DNA from: Lachnospiraceae bacterium
GTDB taxonomy: Bacteria; Bacillota; Clostridia; Lachnospirales; Lachnospiraceae
Direction of reading: 5' to 3'
DNA: 64,000 nt
NCBI GenBank assembly: GCA_024680055.1
Contig: JAILCP010000054.1
Span: 31,759-95,758 of the forward strand
Below the pieces are notes generated by a model that was not told where the DNA came from, ran no database searches, and saw nothing but the letters and a program-made list of their open reading frames with translations. Each line of letters opens with the position of its first letter. Positions within the stretch are counted from its first letter, which is position 1. Below, one piece after another: positions 9,538-18,616 of the stretch. The translations under genes and the position numbers were made by a program.

Positions 9538-11133
9538 ATGGGTAACGGATACGCTCAACTTGTTGTTAAAAATGACGTCACTTATGTGAAAGTTATGCCT
9601 GCGTCCAATCAGGGAAGAGCACTGGATATCTCTGATCTGACCAACTATCTGGATAAGAATTTATTAACAGATTATAATATTAAGGAATTGGCGAATTTAT
9701 GTAATGAAGCCGATGGAAGTACGGAGGTGCGCGTTGGCGCAGCTCCTTTTCGTCCATTTGACGAAATGATTGATATGGAAGTATCACTGGATAAAATGTA
9801 CGCCAGCTGCAGAATGTTTCCACCATCGGAAGGCGGTGCGCTATTAGGCGAAGAGGATATTATAAAACATCTGATGCAAAACAGGGTAAAACGTGGCGTA
9901 GATCGGGATGCTATTCGTTCGTTTTTGGCCAATCGCCAATATAATACAGAATATATTTTTGCAAAGGGAATTCCGGTAAGAGAGGGAAAAGACGGTGAAA
10001 TCAAATATCTTTTCAATACCTCATTAAATACCAAGCCGGCCACCAACCCGGACGGAACTGTGGATTATCATCATTTAAATACGGTGAGTCTTGTAAAAAA
10101 AGGTCAGGTCCTGGCCACTTTAACAAAAGCCGACTACGGACAAAGCGGCACCACCATTTTTGGTGAAGAGGTAAAACCTCACAGTGTATCGGAAGTACAA
10201 TTTGATTACGGCAATAATATTACCGTTTCCGAGGATGGGATGTCACTGATTTCAGATGTTGACGGCCATGCCAACCTGGTGGATAAAAAGGTGTTTGTAT
10301 CCAATGTTTTGGAAATTCCCGCAGATGTGGATACTTCCACCGGAGACATTGAATATGCCGGAAGCGTTTTGATAAAAGGCAATGTAAAAAGCGGATTTAA
10401 GGTTAGCGCTCAGGGTGATGTAATTGTAGAAGGCGTTGTGGAAGGCGCCGTTATTTCCTGCGATGGCCAGATTATTATAAAGCGTGGCGTTCATGGAATG
10501 AATAAGGGCGTTTTGGACTGTAAAGGTAATATTATTTGTAAATTTATAGAAAACGCAAAAGTATTCTGCGGCGGTTATTTGGAGACCGAAGGAATTTTAC
10601 ACAGTAAGGTATCTGTTTATTCAGAAATCAAAGTCCGTGGTAAAAAATCTATGGTGGCCGGCGGTGTCATTCGAGCAGGCTATTTGATTGATGTTTTAAC
10701 TCTCGGATCTGAAATGGGTGCCCAGACCCTTGTGGAGGTTGGCGTGAATCCGGGAAAAAAGGCCAGATATCTGGAAATGAAGGAAGTACTTGGAGAAAAG
10801 ACAAAAGAAGGAAACCAGCTAAAGACCATTTTAAAAACATTTCAACAAAAATTGGCAGATGGGGTTCAACTTTCTCCGGATAAAATGGTATACTTAAAAA
10901 AGATTGCATCTCAGTACAAAGAACTTTCGGAAGAAATTAAAAATCTTTCAGAGAAGCTTGAGGTAATGCACCAAGAAATCTCGGAAAGTAAAGGTGCAAG
11001 AGTGAAAGTGGAAAAGGATGTTTATCAGGGGGTAACCATAACCATTTCTGATGTCAGCACAACAACAAAGGGTACAAGGGCTCATTGCCAGTTTGTTTGT
11101 GAAGGCGGAGAGATTGTGGTGAAGAATCTATAG
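9538..11133 (+). CDS. FapA/DUF342 family flagellar assembly protein
   Basis: VDYHHL..V..V.KGQ.LA, DVDTSTGDIEY.GSV.I.G.V repeats, C-terminal coiled coil; position after sigma factor; start placed at ATG 9538. Confidence 0.85.
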   Translation: MGNGYAQLVVKNDVTYVKVMPASNQGRALDISDLTNYLDKNLLTDYNIKELANLCNEADGSTEVRVGAAPFRPFDEMIDMEVSLDKMYASCRMFPPSEGGALLGEEDIIKHLMQNRVKRGVDRDAIRSFLANRQYNTEYIFAKGIPVREGKDGEIKYLFNTSLNTKPATNPDGTVDYHHLNTVSLVKKGQVLATLTKADYGQSGTTIFGEEVKPHSVSEVQFDYGNNITVSEDGMSLISDVDGHANLVDKKVFVSNVLEIPADVDTSTGDIEYAGSVLIKGNVKSGFKVSAQGDVIVEGVVEGAVISCDGQIIIKRGVHGMNKGVLDCKGNIICKFIENAKVFCGGYLETEGILHSKVSVYSEIKVRGKKSMVAGGVIRAGYLIDVLTLGSEMGAQTLVEVGVNPGKKARYLEMKEVLGEKTKEGNQLKTILKTFQQKLADGVQLSPDKMVYLKKIASQYKELSEEIKNLSEKLEVMHQEISESKGARVKVEKDVYQGVTITISDVSTTTKGTRAHCQFVCEGGEIVVKNL

Positions 11134-11152
11134 TGAGAAAGGAGTGAGTTTT

Positions 11153-11467
11153 ATGTCCATAAGACCGGTGGATTTTAATGGAATGATGCAACGCAGTCAG
11201 GATGTTAGCACTCTGAAACAGAACGAAGATCAAAGGCCTGTAGTTGAGCAAATGCAAATCGAAAGAAAAGAGGAGCAGAAACAGAATCAACGCATGCATC
11301 AGGTGAATCAGTCTGACAAGAAAGATGAAGCACAGACGAAATACGATGCAAGGGATGAAGGCAAGAACAAGTATTTTGCCAACAAAAACAAGAAAAAGAA
11401 AGAAGAAAAAGTTGATAAGGTCATTCCGAAAAACCAGGAACATGGTGGATTTGACATCAAGATTTAA
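11153..11467 (+). CDS. Hypothetical charged protein (flagellar operon accessory)
   Basis: SD AAGGAG 11139-11144 before ATG 11153; MSIRPVDF...FDIKI style, Q/E/K-rich. Confidence 0.75.
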   Translation: MSIRPVDFNGMMQRSQDVSTLKQNEDQRPVVEQMQIERKEEQKQNQRMHQVNQSDKKDEAQTKYDARDEGKNKYFANKNKKKKEEKVDKVIPKNQEHGGFDIKI

Positions 11468-11478
11468 GGGTAGGGAAC

Positions 11479-12174
11479 ATGGGTTTTTTAGAAGCATTAT
11501 TAATTATTATCGGAGTATTATTTATCGTAGGAAGCTTTTTTGTTGCAGATAAGTTGTCCGATAAAGATGTAAAACAGATTGCCGCTTTAAGTGAAGCACA
11601 ATTAAAAACAATTGTAGATAAAGAAATCGAAGCTGCAAAGGAAAGAATCCAAAGCGCTGTGGACGAAGTGGTGGATGAAACCGAAGACAAGGCGGAATTA
11701 ATGATGGAAAAGGAAAGTAATTCCAAGATTATGGCCATCAGTGAATATTCCGATACGGTTTTGGAATCCATTAACAAGACACATAATGAAGTTATGTTTT
11801 TGTATGATATGTTAAACAACAAATATTCAGAACTTACAGATTATGCCAATGAACTTTCCGGCCTTCAGGGACGTCTTGACAGCTTTCAAACTGAGGTGAA
11901 CGAGACCTTAAAGGAAAAAGAAGTGGAAAAAGCAGCTGAAATTTCTGCGGAAGAGATTGAGTATCCGGTAGAAACAGTGAAAGAAGAAACTGTAGAGCAG
12001 CCGGAAAGCGAAGAGGAAGAAGTAGTAGTGGATAAGGACAACCTTTTATCCCATAAGAGTGAAATCTTAGATTGCTATGAACAGGGAATGACTGAAGTTG
12101 AGATTGCAAAGAAATACGGCCTTGGTATTGGCGCGGTACGTCTTGTGGTTGAACTGTACAAAGGGGAAAGATAA
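11479..12174 (+). CDS. Membrane-anchored coiled-coil protein with C-terminal HTH-like end (DUF6115/SwrB-like)
   Basis: N-terminal TM (LLIIIGVLFIVGSFFV), helical acidic body, GMTEVEIAKKYGLGIGAVRLV end. Confidence 0.7.
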   Translation: MGFLEALLIIIGVLFIVGSFFVADKLSDKDVKQIAALSEAQLKTIVDKEIEAAKERIQSAVDEVVDETEDKAELMMEKESNSKIMAISEYSDTVLESINKTHNEVMFLYDMLNNKYSELTDYANELSGLQGRLDSFQTEVNETLKEKEVEKAAEISAEEIEYPVETVKEETVEQPESEEEEVVVDKDNLLSHKSEILDCYEQGMTEVEIAKKYGLGIGAVRLVVELYKGER

Positions 12175-12176
12175 GC

Positions 12177-12749
12177 ATGAAGTTTAAATACTATTTAAGA
12201 GGCGTCGGTATGGGAATTATTTTTACCACCCTGGTGTTAACGGTAGCTTTTTCCCATTATAAACCGACCCTTTCGGCGGATGAAATCCGTGAGGAAGCCA
12301 AAAAACTCGGCATGGTGGAAGGAGACGAAAGTGCCTCCGGTAATGCAGTGGAGAAAAAGAATTCCACAACCACAACCACAAAGACAGGCACCAAAACCAC
12401 CACCACAAAAACAACTACGGAAGAACCTTCTGAAAAGGATAAAGAAGATTCGAAGAAGTCCGAAGATTCTAAGGAGTCCAAAGACGATAAAAAAGAATCC
12501 AAAACCGATTCTAAGAAATCGGAAGAATCTTCAGAAGACAGCAACATTAAGGTGGTTGTAACCGGTGGAGAGGTTTCCGATGTGGTTAGCGAACGACTGG
12601 AAGAAAAAGGTCTTGTAAAAGACGGTGGAGATTATAATGCGTGGCTGGTACGTCACGGATACGACAACTCCATACGGCCGGGAGTGTATTATATAGAAGA
12701 AGGATCTTCCTACAAGGAAATTACAAAAATACTTTCCAGAGATAATTAA
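12177..12749 (+). CDS. Membrane-anchored YceG/MltG-N-like domain protein lacking a catalytic domain
   Basis: YYLRG.GMGIIF TM, T/K/E/S low-complexity linker, V..GEVSDVVS..LEEKGLV.D...YN..L...GYD..IRPG.Y.I..G.SY.EI..IL. Confidence 0.65.
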   Translation: MKFKYYLRGVGMGIIFTTLVLTVAFSHYKPTLSADEIREEAKKLGMVEGDESASGNAVEKKNSTTTTTKTGTKTTTTKTTTEEPSEKDKEDSKKSEDSKESKDDKKESKTDSKKSEESSEDSNIKVVVTGGEVSDVVSERLEEKGLVKDGGDYNAWLVRHGYDNSIRPGVYYIEEGSSYKEITKILSRDN

Positions 12750-12757
12750 AACAGAAC

Positions 12758-12786
12758 TTGCATGGTTTCTAAAGATATGCTATACT
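12758..12786 (+). promoter_or_regulatory. SigA promoter for rpsB-tsf
   Basis: TTGCAT-17 nt-TATACT with extended -10 TG at 12778-12779. Confidence 0.75.
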
Positions 12787-12856
12787 ATCGTAGTCTGAGC
12801 GTATCTTGTGAACATGCAAGTTTTTTGCTTGGATAGAACATATTAATTTTAGCAAT

Positions 12857-12920
12857 CACATAAGTGGACCTGTAAGATGGTGCCTAGGTTTTTTGCAGGG
12901 AGGAAGCTTATGGAAGAATG
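12857..12920 (+). ncRNA. rpsB leader (t44-like, S2 autoregulatory RNA)
   Basis: CATAAG(12859-64)/CTTATG(12907-12) and CCTGTAA(12869-75)/TTGCAGG(12893-99) nested stems around a GGTGCC motif, directly upstream of rpsB. Confidence 0.7.
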
Positions 12921-12940
12921 AACCAATGGAGGTAAGTAAA

Positions 12941-13687
12941 ATGGGCGTAATTTCAATGAAACAGTTATTAGAAGCAGGTGTTCATTTCGGACATCAGACA
13001 AGAAGATGGAATCCTAAAATGGCTCCATACATCTACACAGAGCGTAACGGAATCTACATTATCGATTTACAGAAATCTGTAGGTAAAGTAGACGAAGCTT
13101 ACAAAGCAATTTCTGACATCGCTGCTGATGGTGGTACTATTCTCTTTGTAGGAACAAAGAAACAGGCACAGGAAGCTATCCAGACAGAAGCAGAGCGTTG
13201 CGGAATGTTCTATGTAAATGAAAGATGGCTTGGAGGAATGCTTACAAACTTCAAGACAATCCAGAGCCGTATCAAGAGATTGAAAGCAATCGAAAAGATG
13301 CAGGAAGACGGAACATTTGACGTATTACCTAAGAAAGAAGTTATTGAACTTAAGAAAGAATTAGCAAAACTTGAAAAGAATCTTGGCGGAATCAAAGATA
13401 TGAAGAAGATTCCGGATGCTATTTTTGTAGTAGATCCTAAGAAGGAAAGAATTTGTATTCAGGAAGCTCATACACTTGGTATTCCTCTTATCGGAATTGC
13501 AGATACCAACTGTGATCCGGAAGAGTTAGATTATGTAATTCCAGGTAACGATGATGCTATCCGTGCAGTGAAATTAATCGTTTCCAAGATGGCTGATGCT
13601 GTAATCGAAGCTAACCAGGGTGAAGCTGTTTACACAGAAGAAGTTGAAGTTGGTGAAGAACCATCTATGGAAGAAGTTGCAGAATAA
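12941..13687 (+). CDS. rpsB: 30S ribosomal protein S2
   Basis: [27 protein letters not shown]; SD GGAGG upstream of ATG 12941. Confidence 0.99.
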   Translation: MGVISMKQLLEAGVHFGHQTRRWNPKMAPYIYTERNGIYIIDLQKSVGKVDEAYKAISDIAADGGTILFVGTKKQAQEAIQTEAERCGMFYVNERWLGGMLTNFKTIQSRIKRLKAIEKMQEDGTFDVLPKKEVIELKKELAKLEKNLGGIKDMKKIPDAIFVVDPKKERICIQEAHTLGIPLIGIADTNCDPEELDYVIPGNDDAIRAVKLIVSKMADAVIEANQGEAVYTEEVEVGEEPSMEEVAE

Positions 13688-13715
13688 TCGAAGCTAATTA
13701 ATGGAGGAACGAATC

Positions 13716-14645
13716 ATGGCTATTACAGCAAGTATGGTAAAAGAATTAAGAGAACTTACCGGTGCAGGAATGATGGACTGTAAGAAAGCTCTTGGAGAAA
13801 CAAACGGTAACATGGACGAAGCTGTTGAGTTCTTAAGAAAGAACGGACAGGCGAAGGCAGAAAAGAAAGCAAGCAGAATCGCTGCAGAAGGAATCTGCTG
13901 TGTTGCTGTTGACGGAGATACAAAAGCAGCAGTTGTTGAAGTTAACTCTGAAACAGACTTCGTTGCTAAGAATGAGAAATTCCAGACATTTGTTAAGGGT
14001 GTAGCTGATAAGGCATTAACAACAAGCGCAACTGATATTGACGCTTTCCTTGCAGATAAATGGGATGGAGCAAAGACTATTTCTGAAGAATTGGTTGAGC
14101 AGATTGCTACAATCGGAGAAAAATTAAGCATTCGTCGTTTCGAAAAGGTAGAAGCAACCAACGGTTGTGTAGTATCTTACGTACACGGTGGCGGAAGAAT
14201 CGGTGTTATTGTGGAAGCTGAAACAGCAACTGTAAATGACACTGTAAAAGAGGCATTAAACAACCTTGCAATGCAGGTTGCAGCTATGAATCCTAAATAT
14301 GTTGATCGTAGTGAAATTTCTGCAGATTACATTGCTCATGAGAAAGAAATTTTACTTGCTCAGATCATGAACGATCCAAAAGAAAGCCAGAAACCGGAAA
14401 AAGTTATTAACGGAATGATCGAAGGTCGTGTAAACAAAGAATTAAAAGAGATTTGTTTAGTAGATCAGGTATACGTTAAGGCTGAAGATGGAAAACAGAC
14501 TGTTGCAAAATACTTAGAGCAGATTTCTAAAGAAGTTGGAAGCACAGTTAGCATTAAGAGATTCGTTCGTTTTGAAACAGGCGAGGGAATGGAAAAGAAG
14601 AATGAGGACTTTGCAGCTGAAGTTGCAGCACAGATGAACGCATAG
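13716..14645 (+). CDS. tsf: Elongation factor Ts
   Basis: MAITASMVKELRELTGAGMMDCKKAL, EVNSETDFVA, RFVRFE.GEG. Confidence 0.99.
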   Translation: MAITASMVKELRELTGAGMMDCKKALGETNGNMDEAVEFLRKNGQAKAEKKASRIAAEGICCVAVDGDTKAAVVEVNSETDFVAKNEKFQTFVKGVADKALTTSATDIDAFLADKWDGAKTISEELVEQIATIGEKLSIRRFEKVEATNGCVVSYVHGGGRIGVIVEAETATVNDTVKEALNNLAMQVAAMNPKYVDRSEISADYIAHEKEILLAQIMNDPKESQKPEKVINGMIEGRVNKELKEICLVDQVYVKAEDGKQTVAKYLEQISKEVGSTVSIKRFVRFETGEGMEKKNEDFAAEVAAQMNA

Positions 14646-14672
14646 TTTTCTTGGATGAGAATGATTTATAAG

Positions 14673-14710
14673 ACCCTTGAAGAATTGTTTTCTTCAAGGG
14701 TTTTCTTTTT
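14673..14710 (+). terminator. Intrinsic terminator after tsf
   Basis: ACCCTTGAAGA...TCTTCAAGGGT stem followed by TTTCTTTTTTT. Confidence 0.85.
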
Positions 14711-14771
14711 TTGTTGAATCAAGAAAACAATTTTGATATAATGTACTAGGTAATTTAATGTAAACATGTCG

Positions 14772-14799
14772 TTGTCTATTTTATTATCTATGATAGAAT
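14772..14799 (+). promoter_or_regulatory. Putative SigA promoter for deacetylase-bactofilin(-pyrH) transcript
   Basis: TTGTCT-16 nt-TAGAAT with extended -10 TG. Confidence 0.5.
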
Positions 14800-14828
14800 A
14801 AGAAATGGTGTGTAGACAGGAGGATAGT

Positions 14829-15773
14829 GTGAGTGATAATCCTATTATAGGGATAAAGGAACAGCAACGCCGCCGCCGCCGAATCAATCGCATGAAGACG
14901 ACTTTGATTTGGATACTCGCCGGCTGGATGGTTCTTTCTTTTATTGCGGTAATTGTACTTTCCTGTCAGGTCTTCTCATTAAATAAGAGGTTTAATCATT
15001 TATATGAATATATAACTTCTTCATCGGGTAATACAGTTGTAGAAGAAGCACAGGACAGTGATCTGGTGGAAATAGGTGACAATTTTGAAGATGCACCAAC
15101 TATCTTTGATACTGAAGAGAGTACGCAAAACGGTGAAAAGCGGGTCTATCTGACATTTGATGATGGGCCTAGCGAAAACACTGGTGAAATTTTGGATATC
15201 CTCAAAGAAAAGGATGTGAAGGCAACCTTTTTTGTGGTTGGACGAACAGATGAGAAATCAAAAGCACTATATAAGCGTATAGTAGATGAGGGACATACCA
15301 TTGGACTTCATTCCTATTCTCATAAGTATTCAAAAATCTATTCATCACTGGAAAATTACCAGCTAGATTTAGCTAAATTGGATAATTTAGTTTATGAAAC
15401 AACAGGATTTCGTACGAAGTTTATTAGATTTCCGGGTGGAAGTTCCAATAAAGTCAGCGATGTTGATATGAATGATTTTATTGAACTTGTTACTCAGAAA
15501 GGATATGTATACTTTGATTGGAACGTTGCAAATGGTGATGCAACTTCAAATAAATACAGTCCCGCTGAACTTAGGAAAAACGTATTAAAGGGTGTGAAAT
15601 ACCATAATCAGTCTGTTGTTTTGATGCATGATGCATCAAATAAAAATTCCACGGTGGAAAGCCTTCCGAAGTTAATCGATTCACTTCGTAAAGATGGATA
15701 CGAGTTGCTTCCTATCGATGAGAATACAAAACCTGTACAGCACGTGTCCGTGGACAGCGTGGTTAACGATTAA
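14829..15773 (+). CDS. Membrane-anchored NodB-type polysaccharide (peptidoglycan) deacetylase
   Basis: Poly-Arg then TM helix; YLTFDDGPS, GLHSYSH, RFPGG, VLMHD motifs; GTG 14829 has SD GGAGG (ORF-track ATG 14805 is an alternative). Confidence 0.88.
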   Translation: MSDNPIIGIKEQQRRRRRINRMKTTLIWILAGWMVLSFIAVIVLSCQVFSLNKRFNHLYEYITSSSGNTVVEEAQDSDLVEIGDNFEDAPTIFDTEESTQNGEKRVYLTFDDGPSENTGEILDILKEKDVKATFFVVGRTDEKSKALYKRIVDEGHTIGLHSYSHKYSKIYSSLENYQLDLAKLDNLVYETTGFRTKFIRFPGGSSNKVSDVDMNDFIELVTQKGYVYFDWNVANGDATSNKYSPAELRKNVLKGVKYHNQSVVLMHDASNKNSTVESLPKLIDSLRKDGYELLPIDENTKPVQHVSVDSVVND

Positions 15774-15799
15774 AAGAAAATATTTGGAGGTATTTTTTA

Positions 15800-16582
15800 A
15801 TGAGTTTTTTTAAGGATTTTACAGATGATTTAACAAAGGCAGTGAATGAAATGATGCCTGGAGAAGAAGCCACAGATAGCCTGGAAGAGGAAATGTTACT
15901 TGATACAGAGGAAACTGAAGCTGAAAAGACAGAAGAAGTAGAAAAAGTTGATTTCTTTAATGAAGACACTACTTCAGCAGATTCAGAACCTGAAAAAGAA
16001 GAAAAGGTAGAAGAGAAGGTAACCTTCCATGAGAATACAGTGACTCCACCGGTAAGTCCATTTGTTTCTTCACCATTAAAGCCGGTAGGAGCACCAACAA
16101 GTACACCAAGCAGTCATATAACATCACACAAGAGTGCAACAGAAGAGAATGCGGTTATTACAGAAGGAATGAAGATTGTTGGTAACTTAGAGTCCACAGG
16201 ATCTGTAGAAGTACGTGGAGTTGTAGAAGGAGATGTTAGCTGTAAAGGTAAATTAGTAGTTACCGGAGTAATTACCGGAAATACCAATTCAGCAGAATTT
16301 TTTGCTGACAATGCAAAAGTACAGGGTGAAATTACAGCAGAAGGAACCGTTAAGATTGGTGCCGGTTCTGTTATTATCGGTAATGTATCAGCCACATCTT
16401 CTGTAGTTGCAGGAGCTGTTAAGGGAGATATTGATGTTCAGGGACCTGTTGTTGTAGATACATCTGCAGTTGTTATGGGTAACATTAAGTCCCGTTCTGT
16501 TCAGATTAACAATGGAGCTGTCATTGAAGGATTCTGTTCACAGTGCTACTCTGATATTGATGTTCAGAACATTTTTGGATAA
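15800..16582 (+). CDS. Bactofilin (polymer-forming cytoskeletal protein) with long acidic N-terminal extension
   Basis: VITEGMKIVGNLESTGSVEVRGVVEGDV...V.GDI...G.V.V...AVV.GNI....V.INNGAVIEG.C beta-helix repeats (two bactofilin-like passes). Confidence 0.88.
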   Translation: MSFFKDFTDDLTKAVNEMMPGEEATDSLEEEMLLDTEETEAEKTEEVEKVDFFNEDTTSADSEPEKEEKVEEKVTFHENTVTPPVSPFVSSPLKPVGAPTSTPSSHITSHKSATEENAVITEGMKIVGNLESTGSVEVRGVVEGDVSCKGKLVVTGVITGNTNSAEFFADNAKVQGEITAEGTVKIGAGSVIIGNVSATSSVVAGAVKGDIDVQGPVVVDTSAVVMGNIKSRSVQINNGAVIEGFCSQCYSDIDVQNIFG

Positions 16583-16593
16583 GGAGAAGAAAC

Positions 16594-17289
16594 ATGAAGA
16601 GGGTTTTACTTAAATTAAGCGGGGAAGCTTTGGCCGGTGAAAAACATACCGGATTTGACGAGGCTACGGTAATTTCAGTTGGAAAACAGGTGAAGCAGCT
16701 TGTGGACGACGGTGTGGAAGTTGGTATCGTGATTGGCGGTGGTAATTTCTGGAGAGGAAGAACCAGCGAGAATATGGATCGTACCAAAGCAGATCAGATT
16801 GGTATGCTTGCCACAGTAATGAATTGTATTTATGTTTCCGAAATTTTTCGAAGTCTTGATATGAAAACGGCTGTTTTAACACCGTTTGAATGCGGATCTT
16901 TTACCAAATTATTCTCAAAAGATCGTGCAAATAAATATTTTGGAAAAGGTATGGTGGTATTTTTTGCCGGAGGAACCGGACATCCTTACTTTTCCACAGA
17001 TACTGCCACCGTGCTTCGTGCAGTGGAAATTGAAGCAGACGTAATTCTGCTTGCCAAGGCCATTGACGGTGTATATGACAGTGATCCAAAGACCAACAAA
17101 GATGCAAAACGCTATGACAGTGTTTCCATTCAGGAAGTCATTGACAAGCAATTGGCAGTGGTAGATTTAACTGCATCCATTATGTGCATGGAGCAAAAGA
17201 TGCCGATGTACGTATTTGGTCTTTCAGAAGAAAACAGCATTGTAAAAGCGATTTCCGGTAATTTTAACGGAACGAAAGTATTAGTATAA
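16594..17289 (+). CDS. pyrH: UMP kinase
   Basis: RVLLKLSGEALAG, IGGGNFWRG, DQIGMLAT, GTGHPYFSTDT. Confidence 0.98.
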   Translation: MKRVLLKLSGEALAGEKHTGFDEATVISVGKQVKQLVDDGVEVGIVIGGGNFWRGRTSENMDRTKADQIGMLATVMNCIYVSEIFRSLDMKTAVLTPFECGSFTKLFSKDRANKYFGKGMVVFFAGGTGHPYFSTDTATVLRAVEIEADVILLAKAIDGVYDSDPKTNKDAKRYDSVSIQEVIDKQLAVVDLTASIMCMEQKMPMYVFGLSEENSIVKAISGNFNGTKVLV

Positions 17290-17304
17290 TATCGGAGGTA
17301 TTTT

Positions 17305-17859
17305 ATGGACGCTAGATTAAAACCCTTTGAAGAAAAGATGGAGAAATCTTTAAATAACCTTATTCATGAATATGGAACTATTCGTGCAGGAAGAGCCAAT
17401 CCTCACGTTTTAGATGATATTCGTGTTGATTACTATGGAACACCGTCACCGTTGCAGCAGGTATCCAATATCTCTGTTCCGGAGGCAAGAATTATTCAGA
17501 TTCAGCCATGGGATGCTTCTTTATTAAAGGAAATTGAAAAGGCCATCAACATGTCTGACCTTGGAATTAATCCAACCAACGACGGTAAGATGATCCGTTT
17601 GGTATTCCCTGAACTTACCGAGGAACGTCGTAAGGAATTATCCAAAGACGTTAAGAAAAAAGGTGAGGAAGGCAAAGTTGCTCTTCGAAACATTCGTAGA
17701 GATGCCATTGATACCATTAAGAAAGCAGCAAAGGCCGAAGATTTATCTGAGGATGTGGTAAGTGACATTGAAGATGATATTCAGAAGTTAACTGATAAAT
17801 TTGTAAAAAAGGTTGATCAAACAATCGAAGAGAAAACAAAGGAAATTATGACAGTATAA
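17305..17859 (+). CDS. frr: Ribosome recycling factor
   Basis: IRAGRANP..LD.I.VDYYG...PL.Q, PELTEERRKEL. Confidence 0.98.
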   Translation: MDARLKPFEEKMEKSLNNLIHEYGTIRAGRANPHVLDDIRVDYYGTPSPLQQVSNISVPEARIIQIQPWDASLLKEIEKAINMSDLGINPTNDGKMIRLVFPELTEERRKELSKDVKKKGEEGKVALRNIRRDAIDTIKKAAKAEDLSEDVVSDIEDDIQKLTDKFVKKVDQTIEEKTKEIMTV

Positions 17860-17863
17860 TTAA

Positions 17864-17891
17864 ATGGGGACAAGCGATTGCGTGTCCCCAT
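17864..17891 (+). other. Stem-loop between frr and uppS
   Basis: ATGGGGACA...TGTCCCCAT perfect 9-bp stem. Confidence 0.65.
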
Positions 17892-17907
17892 ATGTTTTGA
17901 TAAGACT

Positions 17908-18612
17908 ATGAGAGAATTAAAGCATTTAGCCATTATATTAGATGGCAATGGACGATGGGCCAAGAAAAGAGGGCTTCCTCGTACCATGGGACATGTGCAG
18001 GGTGCAAAGAATGTGGAAAAGGTTTGCCGACTGTGTCATGCCAAGGGAATTAAATATTTGACCGTTTATGCATTTTCCACAGAAAACTGGAAACGTCCGG
18101 AGGATGAAGTAAAGGCCATTATGGGGTTGCTGAATCAATATCTGGACTCCTGTATTAAAACATCTAAGAAAGACAACATGAGGGTGCGTCTTTTGGGAGA
18201 CCGTGAAGGCTTGAAAGAGATTCTTCCAAAGATTGAAGAACTGGAAGAAATTTCCAAGGATAACGACGGTCTTCAGCTTCAGATTGCAGTGAATTACGGT
18301 TCTCGAAATGAAATTACAAGAGCCGTGAAAGATATTGCAAAAGAGGTAAAAGAAGGCACTTTAGAAATAGAAACTATTGATGAAGATCTGATTTCCAATC
18401 ATCTTGATACAGCAGGAATTCCAAATCCTGATATTATGGTTCGTACAAGCGGAGAACTTCGCTTGTCCAATTACCTTTTATGGCAGCTGGCCTATTCGGA
18501 GTTTTATTTTACCTCCTGTGCCTGGCCGGATTTTGATGAAGAAGAATTGGATAAGGTGATTGCATCTTATGAAAATAGAGACCGAAGATTCGGCGGAATT
18601 AAGGAGGAATAA
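17908..18612 (+). CDS. uppS: Undecaprenyl diphosphate synthase
   Basis: HLAIILDGNGRWA, YAFSTENWKRP, RTSGELRLSNYLLWQ; alternative TTG start at 17878. Confidence 0.96.
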   Translation: MRELKHLAIILDGNGRWAKKRGLPRTMGHVQGAKNVEKVCRLCHAKGIKYLTVYAFSTENWKRPEDEVKAIMGLLNQYLDSCIKTSKKDNMRVRLLGDREGLKEILPKIEELEEISKDNDGLQLQIAVNYGSRNEITRAVKDIAKEVKEGTLEIETIDEDLISNHLDTAGIPNPDIMVRTSGELRLSNYLLWQLAYSEFYFTSCAWPDFDEEELDKVIASYENRDRRFGGIKEE

Positions 18613-18616
18613 TTCC

